24,276 nucleotides of DNA. Source: an uncultured Microcoleaceae cyanobacterium. GTDB taxonomy: Bacteria > Cyanobacteriota > Cyanobacteriia > Cyanobacteriales > Microcoleaceae. The stretch lies in NCBI GenBank assembly GCA_938083405.1, contig CALKCV010000124.1, positions 1 to 24,276 on the forward strand. Direction: 5' to 3'. Of this stretch, positions 8,390-16,898 are shown piece after piece (within the stretch, counting starts at the first letter, position 1; the number at the start of each line of letters is the position of its first letter). The translations under genes were made by a program, and so were the position numbers. Under the pieces are notes generated by a model. The model was not told the origin of the DNA. It ran no database searches and saw nothing but the letters and a program-made list of their open reading frames with translations.

Positions 8390-9624
8390 GGTTGAAACAA
8401 AATATCTGCGGCACTAATGCCATATAGCTGCCTTGCTCTGGCGATCGCTTGCTGCATTTGAGAGTTATAAATGCCGTCGAAAGGTCCAGAATAAAGCCCC
8501 TGTAAGTTCAGCCGCCTTTGCAACTGTAAAATCCCAGAGCGATCGTTTGCGAAAGTCCCGCTAACCCTATAACCCTGTTGCGGAAGCCTTGCAGAATTCT
8601 GGGTAGAACCTACCAGGGAAACTTCTAAATAATTCTGAGTAGAACCGAGTTGGGTAAGGTTGAGATAATTTGTTAAAGCTAAAAACGTACTTTGGGTGAA
8701 CTCGCCAGTAGCGAAAATTCCCAAATCTTCCTGGAGTCGCCTTACAGCTAGTTCGGTGGTCGAGCCAAAAACCCCGTCAACCGAACCAGCCCCATAGCCT
8801 AACCTGTTTAAAAAACCCTGAAGCAGTCTCACCGACAGACCGCGATCGCCCGGCCGAAGTTGAACTTGGGGTAGAGTTCCCTGGGAAGGAGGCCGGGGCG
8901 ATGGTGGTGGTGTAGTAGGAAACAAAAACGCCTTTGTAGTCGGTCCTACCCGACCGGTGGCAGTAATTTGATTAGTTTGTTGGAACAGAAGTACGGCTTG
9001 CTGAGTATTGCCGTCAAAAAAATTATTGATAAACCCAAAGTAATACCCCAAATCTTGTAACCTTTGTTGAACCCTTCCGACCTCTGGAGAGGAGTCGCCA
9101 AAAGAGAGTATGGCAGAAGAGATAGGAGGAGAAGGAAAATTGGCAGGGAAACTTTGGGGTAAATTTGTGGGATTAGGGACCAAACCCAATAAATAGGATA
9201 GAGTAGTAGGCCCCACTAGACCGTTGGCTGTAATTCTTCGATCGCCTTGAAAGCGTCGAACGGCATCTTCTGTTATGGGACCGTAGAAGCCAGTGGGAGT
9301 AGTCTGAAAATAGCCAAGGTTTTGTAACAATTGTTGGAGTGCCGCTACGGCAAAGCTTCTGTCTCCAGGTTGAAAAAATCCTCTGGGGGGTAGTGGAATT
9401 GTTTGACCCCCCGAAAAAGTTTGGCCTTGGACGGGGGGGAAGCCCGTTAAAACCTGTGCTAAAGAGGCTTCAGCTATTATTAGCACTGAAAGTATGACCC
9501 AGAGGCAGAAAAACCGTATGAAGCCTGGGGCGGAGAGTTTTTTCCAGTCAACGAGCTCGAAAGATTCTAATCGTGTTGCGGCTTCCCAGGTAAGGGCAAG
9601 CTCTTGGTATGCTATTGATTCCAT
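8386..9624 (-). CDS. Peptidoglycan-binding domain protein (about 4 PG_binding_1 repeats; alr1690-like)
   Basis: Repeated (P/F)GD....V..LQ..L..LGY......G.(F/Y)G..T..AV..FQ......G.VG..T units with Pro-rich linkers; N-terminal TM segment; no catalytic domain recognised; stop overlaps the fur stop. Confidence 0.9.
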   Translation of the reverse strand: MESIAYQELALTWEAATRLESFELVDWKKLSAPGFIRFFCLWVILSVLIIAEASLAQVLTGFPPVQGQTFSGGQTIPLPPRGFFQPGDRSFAVAALQQLLQNLGYFQTTPTGFYGPITEDAVRRFQGDRRITANGLVGPTTLSYLLGLVPNPTNLPQSFPANFPSPPISSAILSFGDSSPEVGRVQQRLQDLGYYFGFINNFFDGNTQQAVLLFQQTNQITATGRVGPTTKAFLFPTTPPPSPRPPSQGTLPQVQLRPGDRGLSVRLLQGFLNRLGYGAGSVDGVFGSTTELAVRRLQEDLGIFATGEFTQSTFLALTNYLNLTQLGSTQNYLEVSLVGSTQNSARLPQQGYRVSGTFANDRSGILQLQRRLNLQGLYSGPFDGIYNSQMQQAIARARQLYGISAADILFQP

Positions 9625-9666
9625 ATATGCTTGGGGTTAGCTTTACTATTAACGATCGCAGGCATT

Positions 9667-9678
9667 AATAGTATATCA
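9667..9678 (-). promoter_or_regulatory. Extended -10 promoter for the PG-binding gene
   Basis: Minus strand TG-A-TATACT at 9678-9670, about 45 nt upstream of the ATG. Confidence 0.5.
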
Positions 9679-9829
9679 AACTTTTTTTCATGACTAGAGT
9701 TTGACATCTATCGAATAGAGACAGTCCTAGCATTAGATCGAGTCGCAAGGGGCTCGCCCAGGCAGAAAATAAAGAGAGGAAAAAGGGGAATGCAAGACGG
9801 AACAAGGCTCCCAGAACAACACTCAATCA

Positions 9830-9864
9830 TTAATTATTAATTATTAATTATTAATTATTAATTG
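9830..9864. repeat. Heptamer tandem array (TTAATTA) x5
   Basis: ttaatta x4 plus ttaattg. Confidence 0.95.
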
Positions 9865-9925
9865 ATATTAGAGATTTATCGACATCTACCCAGACGGGGA
9901 TACGCAACAAAGCTTCGATCGCTTG

Positions 9926-10027
9926 TAAGTAAGTAGGCAAAAATAAAAACATAAAATTCTTTTCTATTTGCCCGTAGAACAGGCCGGAATGCCTGTTCGG
10001 TACGTAATTAATTTTCGCAGGTACTTA
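9926..10027. mobile_element. MITE-like element (family B) with TAAGTA...AAAAT(T/A)AA ends enclosing a GTAGAACAGGC REP hairpin
   Basis: Left TAAGTAAGTAGGCAAAAATAAAAAC; right (minus strand) TAAGTACCTGCGAAAATTAATTAC; internal GTAG-AACAGGC-cggaat-GCCTGTTC at 9974-9998; 5 nt from the clpB stop. Confidence 0.6.
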
Positions 10028-10032
10028 TGTCT

Positions 10033-12780
10033 TCAAGCTTCTGCTAAGACAGTATCTGCTAGTTTAACTTCTTCCTTTTTCTCTGGTTTTTTGAACAGTA
10101 CGGTTTTATCGACACAATCAATAAGAATAGTATCCCCCTCGACAAACTCATTTTCCAGAATCTTAGTCGCCAAAGGATTCTCCAACATCCTTTGAATAGC
10201 CCGTTTCAGAGGTCGAGCCCCGTAAACAGGATCGTATCCCTCATCGGCAATATAATCCAAAGTTGCGGAAGATAGTTCCAAACTAATTTTCTGTTCCGAC
10301 AGCAACTTCTCGATGCGCTTAACCTGAATTTCGACAATTTGTCGCAACTCGCTCTTCTGCAACGTGTGGAAGACTATTTTATCGTCAACCCGGTTTAAAA
10401 ACTCCGGTCGAAAATGCGATCGCAAAGCATCCATCACGCGGTCGTGCATCTTATCGTAGTTCCCATCATCCCCCGCCATATCCAAAATATACTCGCTGCC
10501 AATATTGCTAGTCATAACGATAACAGTATTTTTAAAATCGATCGCCCGTCCCTGGGAATCAGTAATTCTGCCGTCGTCCAAAACCTGCAACAAAATATTA
10601 AACACGTCTGGGTGAGCCTTCTCCACCTCGTCAAACAAAATCACAGAATAAGGATGGCGGCGAATGGTCTCCGATAGCTGCCCTCCTTGGTCGTATCCCA
10701 CATATCCAGGAGGAGCCCCCACCAGTCGCGAGACAGCGTGTTTCTCCATATACTCCGACATATCGATGCGCACCAGAGCATCCTCGCTGTCGAACAAAAA
10801 CTGCGCCAAAGCCCTTGCTAACTCAGTTTTACCCACGCCGGTCGGACCCATAAATAAGAAAGAGCCGATGGGTTTGGCCGGGTCTTTCATACCCGCCCGG
10901 GCGCGACGGATAGCCGCTGACACCGCAGCCACCGCCTCCGACTGACCGATAACTCGCTGGTGGAGGTGTGTTTCCAATTGCAGGAGTTTCTGACGTTCCG
11001 ACTCCAATAACCGATTGACGGGAATGCCGGTCCACTTAGCAACGATAGTCGCTATATCGCCATCGGTTACTTGTTCGCGCAACAGGGAAGAGCCTTGAGC
11101 CTGGGCCTTTAACAATTCTCCTTCTCTTGCCTCCAACTCCCGATGTAACTTTTCGAGCATTCCATATTTCAACTGGGCGGCTTTATTGAGGTCGTAATCT
11201 CGTTCTGCCTGTTCGATCTGCACCCGGAGTGTTTCTTCCTCTGCCTTTAAATTTTTAATGGCATCCAAAAGCTGCTTCTCTCGCTGCCACTGGGAAGAAA
11301 ACTGCTCTTGTTTCTCTTTCAAAACTGCGATTTCGCTGGTAATTCTTTCCAAAGCGGGGGAAGAGACTGGGGGAGTGGGGGCAGACTCTTCCTCCGTCGC
11401 GCCATAACTGCCTCCTTGCAATTCTCCTTCTAGGGAGAGCTTTTCCATTTCTAGCTGCATCATCCGTCGGTCGATGGCCTCCAACTCCACCGGTTTAGAA
11501 GTAATTTCCATTTTTAATTGAGCGGCGGCCTCATCTACCAGGTCGATGGCCTTGTCTGGCAGGAAGCGATCGCTTATATAACGATGGGAAAGCATGGCTG
11601 CAGCGACCAAAGCCGCATCAGTTATCTTAACGCCGTGGTGAGCTTCGTAGCGATCTTTTAGCCCCCGCAAAATAGAAATAGTATCGGTAACGGTTGGTTG
11701 ACCGACATAAATTTGCTGGAAGCGGCGATCGAGGGCGGCATCTTTTTCGATATTTTTGCGATATTCATCGAGAGTAGTAGCGCCGATGCAGCGAAGTTCG
11801 CCTCGGGCGAGCATGGGTTTGAGCAAATTCCCCGCATCCATCCCCGAACCAGTTGCGCCACCAGAACCGGTACCGACGACGGTATGGAGTTCGTCGATGA
11901 AGAGAACGATTTGACCGTCGGAATTGGTTACCTCTCGCAGGACCGATCGCAACCGTTCTTCAAATTCTCCTCGAAACTTGGCTCCAGCGATGAGGCTGCC
12001 CATGTCCAGGCCGATGAGTTGGCGGTTTTTGAGAGATTCGGGAACGTCGCCATTAACGATCCGTTGGGCGAGGGCTTCGGCGATCGCCGTTTTGCCTACT
12101 CCTGGTTCCCCGATGAGGACGGGGTTATTTTTGGTGCGGCGAGACAGACAGCTTATGACCCGCCTGATTTCTTCGTCCCGTCCGATTACGGGGTCTAGTT
12201 TGCCTGCTTTTGCCTGTTCTGTGAGGTCGCGCCCGTATCTGGAGAGCGCGTCGTAGTTGGCTTCTGGGTTTTGGTCTTGGACTTTGGCACGTCCGCGCAC
12301 TGCTTTGATGGCGGCTTCTAGTTGTTCGCGCTCTAATACGGGCGATCGCGGACGCTCGAACCCCGGTCTTTGTGGGGTACTAGGTTTCTCGCCTTCCCCC
12401 AGGAGTTTGCTGCCGATGCGTTTGTCTTCTTGGAAGGCGAGGAGGAGATGTTCTATTGCGATATATTTGTCTTCCCAGTCTTCTCTGATTGCCTCAGCCA
12501 TATCCAGCATGACTTCGAGACCGCGACCTAGATATAGGTGTTCTATGCTAGCTACTTTGGGCTGGCGTTTGGCGAAGGCTTCTAGTTGTTGTTTTAGCTT
12601 GGGCGTGTCAACTCCCGCGCGAGCGAGGATTTTGTTGGCTGTGCCTTCTTGTTCTAGCAGAGATATGATTAGGTGTTCTACTTCTAGTTGTTGGTTTTGA
12701 TAGTTACGGGCGATATCTTGGGATTTGACAATTCCATCCCAGGCTTGTTCGGTGAATTTGCTCGGATCTGTTGGCTGCAT
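10033..12780 (-). CDS. clpB: ATP-dependent chaperone ClpB (probably the ClpB2 paralogue)
   Basis: Two AAA+ modules ([13 protein letters not shown]; [17 protein letters not shown]), coiled-coil middle domain, YGARPLKR. The ClpB2 assignment comes from recall of the MQPTDP.KFT..AW..IVKSQD N-terminus. Confidence 0.96.
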   Translation of the reverse strand: MQPTDPSKFTEQAWDGIVKSQDIARNYQNQQLEVEHLIISLLEQEGTANKILARAGVDTPKLKQQLEAFAKRQPKVASIEHLYLGRGLEVMLDMAEAIREDWEDKYIAIEHLLLAFQEDKRIGSKLLGEGEKPSTPQRPGFERPRSPVLEREQLEAAIKAVRGRAKVQDQNPEANYDALSRYGRDLTEQAKAGKLDPVIGRDEEIRRVISCLSRRTKNNPVLIGEPGVGKTAIAEALAQRIVNGDVPESLKNRQLIGLDMGSLIAGAKFRGEFEERLRSVLREVTNSDGQIVLFIDELHTVVGTGSGGATGSGMDAGNLLKPMLARGELRCIGATTLDEYRKNIEKDAALDRRFQQIYVGQPTVTDTISILRGLKDRYEAHHGVKITDAALVAAAMLSHRYISDRFLPDKAIDLVDEAAAQLKMEITSKPVELEAIDRRMMQLEMEKLSLEGELQGGSYGATEEESAPTPPVSSPALERITSEIAVLKEKQEQFSSQWQREKQLLDAIKNLKAEEETLRVQIEQAERDYDLNKAAQLKYGMLEKLHRELEAREGELLKAQAQGSSLLREQVTDGDIATIVAKWTGIPVNRLLESERQKLLQLETHLHQRVIGQSEAVAAVSAAIRRARAGMKDPAKPIGSFLFMGPTGVGKTELARALAQFLFDSEDALVRIDMSEYMEKHAVSRLVGAPPGYVGYDQGGQLSETIRRHPYSVILFDEVEKAHPDVFNILLQVLDDGRITDSQGRAIDFKNTVIVMTSNIGSEYILDMAGDDGNYDKMHDRVMDALRSHFRPEFLNRVDDKIVFHTLQKSELRQIVEIQVKRIEKLLSEQKISLELSSATLDYIADEGYDPVYGARPLKRAIQRMLENPLATKILENEFVEGDTILIDCVDKTVLFKKPEKKEEVKLADTVLAEA

Positions 12781-12786
12781 TTGTAC

Positions 12787-12835
12787 GATTTTAGGTTTTA
12801 GATTTAGTTATTTTTTATTGTAGATTTTAGATTTA
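12787..12835. repeat. Degenerate GATTTTA-type heptamer array
   Basis: gattttaggttttagatttag...tagattttagattta directly upstream of the clpB start. Confidence 0.7.
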
Positions 12836-12895
12836 TGGTTTTTTCCCACGGGTCATTTTTGGAATAGGAAGATAGGAATAGGAAGACAGAATAAG

Positions 12896-12930
12896 TAATT
12901 AATAATTAATAATTAATAATTAATAATTAT
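12896..12930. repeat. Heptamer tandem array (TAATTAA) x5
   Basis: taattaa x4 plus taattat; reverse complement of the TTAATTA arrays. Confidence 0.95.
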
Positions 12931-13026
12931 TGGACTTCCACCGTCTGAATGCCGAATAAGCGTGAATACCATGCAGTCGGCATCCCCAAATTTTTGAACG
13001 AACATTCCGCCGGCCGCGACTACTCA

Positions 13027-13061
13027 CGAAGACAGAATACGAAGACAGAATACGAAGACAG
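13027..13061. repeat. 13-bp tandem repeat CGAAGACAGAATA x2.7
   Basis: Units start at 13027, 13040 and 13053 (partial); the GAAGACAGAATA motif recurs at 12882-12893. Confidence 0.9.
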
Positions 13062-13101
13062 GCAAATTATATTCGAGTGCCTGTCCCACGGCGACAATTA
13101 A

Positions 13102-13536
13102 TTAATTAGCGGCTGCCGCTGCTTCCTTTTCGGTTTTATTTCCCTGGGTCTTCATTTCGATCAACTCTACTTTATAACCGTTTGGGTCTTCAACAAAAGC
13201 AATAACTGTAGTTCCGTGTTTCATGGGGCCTGGTTCCCGGCTGACTTTGCCGCCTTGGGCCTTGATTCCGTCGCAGGTTTTGTAAATGTCTGCAACGCCA
13301 ATGGCAATATGACCGAAAGCATCGCCCATTTCATATTCCCCGACGCCCCAATTGTAGGTAAGTTCGATTACGCTATGGTCGGACTCGTCGCCATAGCCGA
13401 CAAAGGCGAGGGTAAATTCGCCGCCTGGGTAGTCTTTTTGCCGCAAGAGCTTCATTCCCAGGAGGTCGCAGTAGAATTTGAGGGATTCTTCGAGGTTTTT
13501 TACTCGAATCATCGTATGTAGCAATCGCATGGCCAA
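13102..13536 (-). CDS. gloA: Lactoylglutathione lyase (glyoxalase I)
   Basis: [54 protein letters not shown]; SD AGGAG upstream. Confidence 0.96.
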   Translation of the reverse strand: MAMRLLHTMIRVKNLEESLKFYCDLLGMKLLRQKDYPGGEFTLAFVGYGDESDHSVIELTYNWGVGEYEMGDAFGHIAIGVADIYKTCDGIKAQGGKVSREPGPMKHGTTVIAFVEDPNGYKVELIEMKTQGNKTEKEAAAAAN

Positions 13537-13681
13537 CTCCTAATGTTTTACAAGGTTCTTCAGTTATTGTGAAGTATTTTTGCCGATTTAGGACAGGCCC
13601 CAGGCCAAAAACCCTCTTGGGGTAGAGCCGCTAACATTGGTGGCCTGTCTAGCGAGGGGCCACAAGAAAACAAAAAAATAG

Positions 13682-13711
13682 TGGGAGGGTCCGCGATCGC
13701 GGACTCTCCCA
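13682..13711 (-). terminator. 30-bp near-perfect palindrome centred on HIP1; probable tRNA-Asp terminator
   Basis: TGGGAGGGTCCGCGATCGCGGACTCTCCCA with one mismatch; followed on the minus strand by CTATTTTTTTGTTTTC. Confidence 0.65.
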
Positions 13712-13720
13712 ATTTGGCTA

Positions 13721-13818
13721 GTAGTAATCGCTTTAGCGATTTAGAGCCGATTTGTTTTTTATTGTTAAGAGCGATCGCTACGAACTTTTCCTATCGCGAA
13801 GAGCGATCGCTACGAACT
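13721..13818. repeat. REP family A cluster (one forward unit and inverted HIP1-bearing variants)
   Basis: GTAGTAATCGCTTTAGCGATTTA at 13721; 20-bp direct repeat AAGAGCGATCGCTACGAACT at 13767 and 13799. Confidence 0.75.
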
Positions 13819-13836
13819 GTTGAAGTCCAATAATAA

Positions 13837-13871
13837 TTAATTATTAATTATTAATTATTAATTATTAATTT
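13837..13871. repeat. Heptamer tandem array (TTAATTA) x5
   Basis: ttaatta x4 plus ttaattt, 3 nt from the tRNA-Asp 3' end. Confidence 0.95.
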
Positions 13872-13874
13872 TTA

Positions 13875-13948
13875 CGGGACTGACGGGATTCGAACCCGCA
13901 ACTTCCGCCGTGACAGGGCGGTGCTCTAACCAGTTGAACTACAGTCCC
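13875..13948 (-). tRNA. trnD: tRNA-Asp(GTC)
   Basis: GGGACTG/CAGTCCC acceptor, CCGCC/GGCGG anticodon stem with CT-GTC-AC loop, T loop TTCGAAT; CCA not encoded. Confidence 0.97.
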
Positions 13949-13969
13949 TTGTTTCTCAAGCCATATATA

Positions 13970-13998
13970 ATTGTGCCTGCTCTTCCTAAATTTGTCAA
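13970..13998 (-). promoter_or_regulatory. Promoter of tRNA-Asp
   Basis: Minus strand TTGACA (13998-13993), 17-nt spacer, CACAAT (13975-13970). Confidence 0.65.
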
Positions 13999-14109
13999 GG
14001 GTTTTGCAAAAGTTTTTTTTTTCAGGGATTCTCGGAGAAGTCTAAACTTGCTCTATTTCTTATCCCGCATAGCTTTTGCCGCTTCGGTCTTTTTCTGATT
14101 GGGCAGTTT

Positions 14110-14164
14110 TTTAGATTTTAGATAGGATTTTTTTCTATAATCTAAGCATTTTCTAAAATCTAAA
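14110..14164 (-). terminator. Inverted heptamer-type repeat at the 3' end of the phytase-like gene
   Basis: TTTAGATTTTAGA (14110-14122) pairs perfectly with TCTAAAATCTAAA (14152-14164), which contains the TAG stop. Terminator role is inferred. Confidence 0.4.
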
Positions 14165-15266
14165 GCTTAAAAACCAAAAATTGGGTCACTTGGAAGAAAT
14201 TAAAATTATTATCGCCGACCAGGACGAGGGATGGCCGCCCATCGGCAAGAATTGGGCCAAAAGTCATGCCTTCAATATTATCTAAGGCAAAACCCAGGTT
14301 ATTTAAGTCCAAAAGGAGGGTTTTTTTAACGGGAGAAATCTCTGGCATCCCCTCTTTGAGACTATCGATGTCTTTAATATCGGTTGCTGCTTCGAGAGAA
14401 AAAACGAACAATTTAATAAAATTACCAGGTCCGACAGAAAAGGACCGCTCTAAACTCAGAAAGTGGCGATCGCTTAATGCTAGGAGTTCCACTAAACCAT
14501 TTGTCATCAAACCACCCTCGCTGGTGGAGGGTGCGGCAATAGGTTCGGTTAGATAAAGATACTCTTCTTGAGGTTGGTAATTATTCAAATCGTACCGCAA
14601 AATACGAATAGGACTGCCCGTAGTTAAAGTTGCTTCTTCGCCATCTTGAGTTAAAGCATTTTCGGTGGCGGCGAAGAGAGATTTTCGATCGGGGGTTACG
14701 GTCAAACTTTCAAAGGCTAAATTATTTCTAATGCCGCCGTTAGGTTTGGCTAAAATTTTTTCGGGAAGGGGCAAACTGCGGAGATATTTACCGTCTAAAG
14801 AAAATTCTTTGATGAAGGGTGGAATCTGACGGTTGACGTCTCCTTCTGACGCAATAAATAAAGAATTTTCCGTCAAAGCTATTCCTTCGGGGTCGAGACT
14901 AAATTCTGGGAAGGGTTTCTCGTTTTCATCTAAGAGGGTGGTAACGTCGAGAAAAGTTATGTTTTCTTCGGAAAATGAATTTTTAGAGAGGTCAATTTCG
15001 AGCGTGTAAAATCTGGCTGGTGCTTTGCTGCTGCGGTCGTCGGAGATGGCGTAATAAACTTGTTTTTCCCCGTCGTAAGTAATGCCAGATAGCCCGCCTA
15101 CTTCCGTATTTTTGAAAGTCAAACCGGTACCTAATAAGCCTTGACCAAAAAATGCTGGCTGTACCCCAGAGGTAGAAGCGATCGCTACGATATTAATCAG
15201 TATTGCTGTTATTAATCCCAGGAGCAAGTATCTAGTTATTTTGGGAATCTCACAAAGATTAGGCAT
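14160..15266 (-). CDS. Esterase-like activity of phytase family protein (exported beta-propeller); ATG 15266 preferred over 15326
   Basis: GGLSGITYD, YAISDDRS, DPEGI, IASEG, RNNLAFESL, ATENAL.QD, LERSF, DNIEGMTFG, LVGDNNF motifs; N-terminal TM segment; the later start removes the overlap with the upstream gene. Confidence 0.88.
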   Translation of the reverse strand: MPNLCEIPKITRYLLLGLITAILINIVAIASTSGVQPAFFGQGLLGTGLTFKNTEVGGLSGITYDGEKQVYYAISDDRSSKAPARFYTLEIDLSKNSFSEENITFLDVTTLLDENEKPFPEFSLDPEGIALTENSLFIASEGDVNRQIPPFIKEFSLDGKYLRSLPLPEKILAKPNGGIRNNLAFESLTVTPDRKSLFAATENALTQDGEEATLTTGSPIRILRYDLNNYQPQEEYLYLTEPIAAPSTSEGGLMTNGLVELLALSDRHFLSLERSFSVGPGNFIKLFVFSLEAATDIKDIDSLKEGMPEISPVKKTLLLDLNNLGFALDNIEGMTFGPILADGRPSLVLVGDNNFNFFQVTQFLVFKL

Positions 15267-15289
15267 ATTATTTCTGATTTGTACTTCAA

Positions 15290-16798
15290 CTAAATAACTG
15301 CTTGACGAAGAAAATTTTCCAGCCATTTTTTAACAGAATAAGTAGCATAACAATCATCTTCATTGTAACGAACGATCGCCTCTAAGACAGAGCGATCGCC
15401 AGTCTTTAACCATCGCTCGTACCAGCAAACAGATTGAGCGCCATTAGCATTTTCATCCCGCCATTCAAAACCGAGCCAGCGAGCGATATGTTTGAGAGCG
15501 TAACTTTCCACTGGCAGAGTCGCAGTTTCCCTAACCAACTTATGAATATCCACGGCTCTTTTGAGTAAAGGTTGCCACTTATAGGCTGGAGTATTATAAA
15601 CTCCAGCCAAACGTTTAATCGTCTGAGTTTCGTACTCGCAGAAATGATAAATAGGAGCGATGGGATATTGCCAAAATAACTTTAATAATTGCTCCCAAAT
15701 CGCTTCTTCCTCCGTAGAATTTTCCGCCAACATAACCTTAAAATTTTGAGTATTATTGCGATTATCTACTACTAAAACGCCGTGTAAATAATCCAAATTA
15801 TTTTCTGGCTGCGCTTCTATATCAAAATAAAGTTCCACGGGAGCAGAAGTCAAATTAGGTAATTGGTAAGAATAAAGAGGTAAAGGTTCTGGATAACTAT
15901 CTAATTCCCGTTTTTTTATCGTCAATTCCCAACCGATAAAAGGGCGATTTTCTAGGCTAGATTTAGCTTGTAAAACTACTCTATCGGCGATAACATCGGG
16001 AAATTGCGGGTAAACAGCCAAAACTTCTGGTTTGACCTCGGCAAGAGAATCTAAAGCAGTCAAATTAAGAGTCTTTAATATAGAATAACGACTGGGGGTT
16101 ACTCCCGGCACGAGAGAAAGATGTTGTCCTGAAGAGGCGAGGGAATGACAGCTACTATACCAAGTACAAAGACTGCATTTTTGGCGAGACATAAAAACCT
16201 CTGGTTCTTGTTTGTTCGCCAACATTTCTATTAACTCAGATAGAACAGCTTCCATCCCCGGCACTCGCAGTTCCAAATTCACGGCAAAAGGAGCTTTTTT
16301 GCGGAAAATAAGCCAGGCAGTATCGGGCCAGGTTCCTTGTACGGAAGCTAAGATTTGAGCGTTAAAAGCGGCCACCAGTTGATAGTCCAGCTTGGGCCGC
16401 TTGCCCAGTTTCAGGTCTGCCGGAACGTAAGACCAATCTCCAAACTCAGAAGGTAGTGCTTCTTTTATCAGCAAACGGGGCTTGGCCATGAGGGTAAGAG
16501 GCTCGCCCTGGGGGGAGAAGCTGGACATCTGTACGATGCCGCGATAGATCGTAGCGACTCCTTGACGCATTAAAGCTAAAGTAGCTTCTGCCCCAGCATT
16601 CCAATCTCCGCGAGGATAGTCTGGTTTATGATAGATTTGATTTTCTAAAAAGCTCGAATCAAAGGCCAAACTATCCTGTATTAGTTTGAGGAGAAAATCG
16701 CTTTTGGGGTCTTGTTCTCGGCGATCGCCATAAACTTCTAAAAATGTTTGTCGCGGACAGCGCTGATAGGAAAGTAATTGTGTATCGGTTAAAAACAT
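15290..16798 (-). CDS. TM0106 family RecB-like putative nuclease with C-terminal RNase H/DEDD-like domain; ATG 16798 preferred over 16831
   Basis: LLSYQRCPR, DLKLGKRPK, EPEVF..RQKC..C.W...C, HhH-like LVPGVT, YFDIEA, IYHFC.YE, SYALK.IA..LGF.WR, YNEDDC.AT. Confidence 0.9.
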   Translation of the reverse strand: MFLTDTQLLSYQRCPRQTFLEVYGDRREQDPKSDFLLKLIQDSLAFDSSFLENQIYHKPDYPRGDWNAGAEATLALMRQGVATIYRGIVQMSSFSPQGEPLTLMAKPRLLIKEALPSEFGDWSYVPADLKLGKRPKLDYQLVAAFNAQILASVQGTWPDTAWLIFRKKAPFAVNLELRVPGMEAVLSELIEMLANKQEPEVFMSRQKCSLCTWYSSCHSLASSGQHLSLVPGVTPSRYSILKTLNLTALDSLAEVKPEVLAVYPQFPDVIADRVVLQAKSSLENRPFIGWELTIKKRELDSYPEPLPLYSYQLPNLTSAPVELYFDIEAQPENNLDYLHGVLVVDNRNNTQNFKVMLAENSTEEEAIWEQLLKLFWQYPIAPIYHFCEYETQTIKRLAGVYNTPAYKWQPLLKRAVDIHKLVRETATLPVESYALKHIARWLGFEWRDENANGAQSVCWYERWLKTGDRSVLEAIVRYNEDDCYATYSVKKWLENFLRQAVI

Positions 16799-16835
16799 TA
16801 GTTCGGGGTAAAAGGTAACGCTCGTTAACAATTAA

Positions 16836-16877
16836 TAATTGTTAATTGTTAATCGTTAATTGGTTAATTGTTAATTA
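16836..16877. repeat. Heptamer tandem array (TAATTGT-type), about 6 units
   Basis: taattgt taattgt taatcgt taattgg t taattgt taatta in the divergent intergenic region. Confidence 0.9.
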
Positions 16878-16898
16878 CCAAAATAATCGCTATAAAAA

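Noticed and set aside
12931-13012. glnA/downstream-peptide glutamine riboswitch on the minus strand (CGTTCA...GACGGTGGAAGT)
   Set aside because: Only partial resemblance; the P3 stem and the closing GAAGGAACG strand are absent.
12781-13100. CIRCE heat-shock operator upstream of clpB
   Set aside because: No TTAGCACTC-N9-GAGTGCTAA; only an isolated GAGTGC near 13075.
4466-13948. Genomic island or prophage integrated at tRNA-Pro or tRNA-Asp
   Set aside because: No duplicated tRNA 3' end and no integrase seen; flanking genes are core cyanobacterial genes.
15266-15326. Overlap between the TM0106 gene and the phytase-like ORF as a true overlapping-gene arrangement
   Set aside because: It disappears with the ATG at 15266, which gives a more plausible signal/TM N-terminus.
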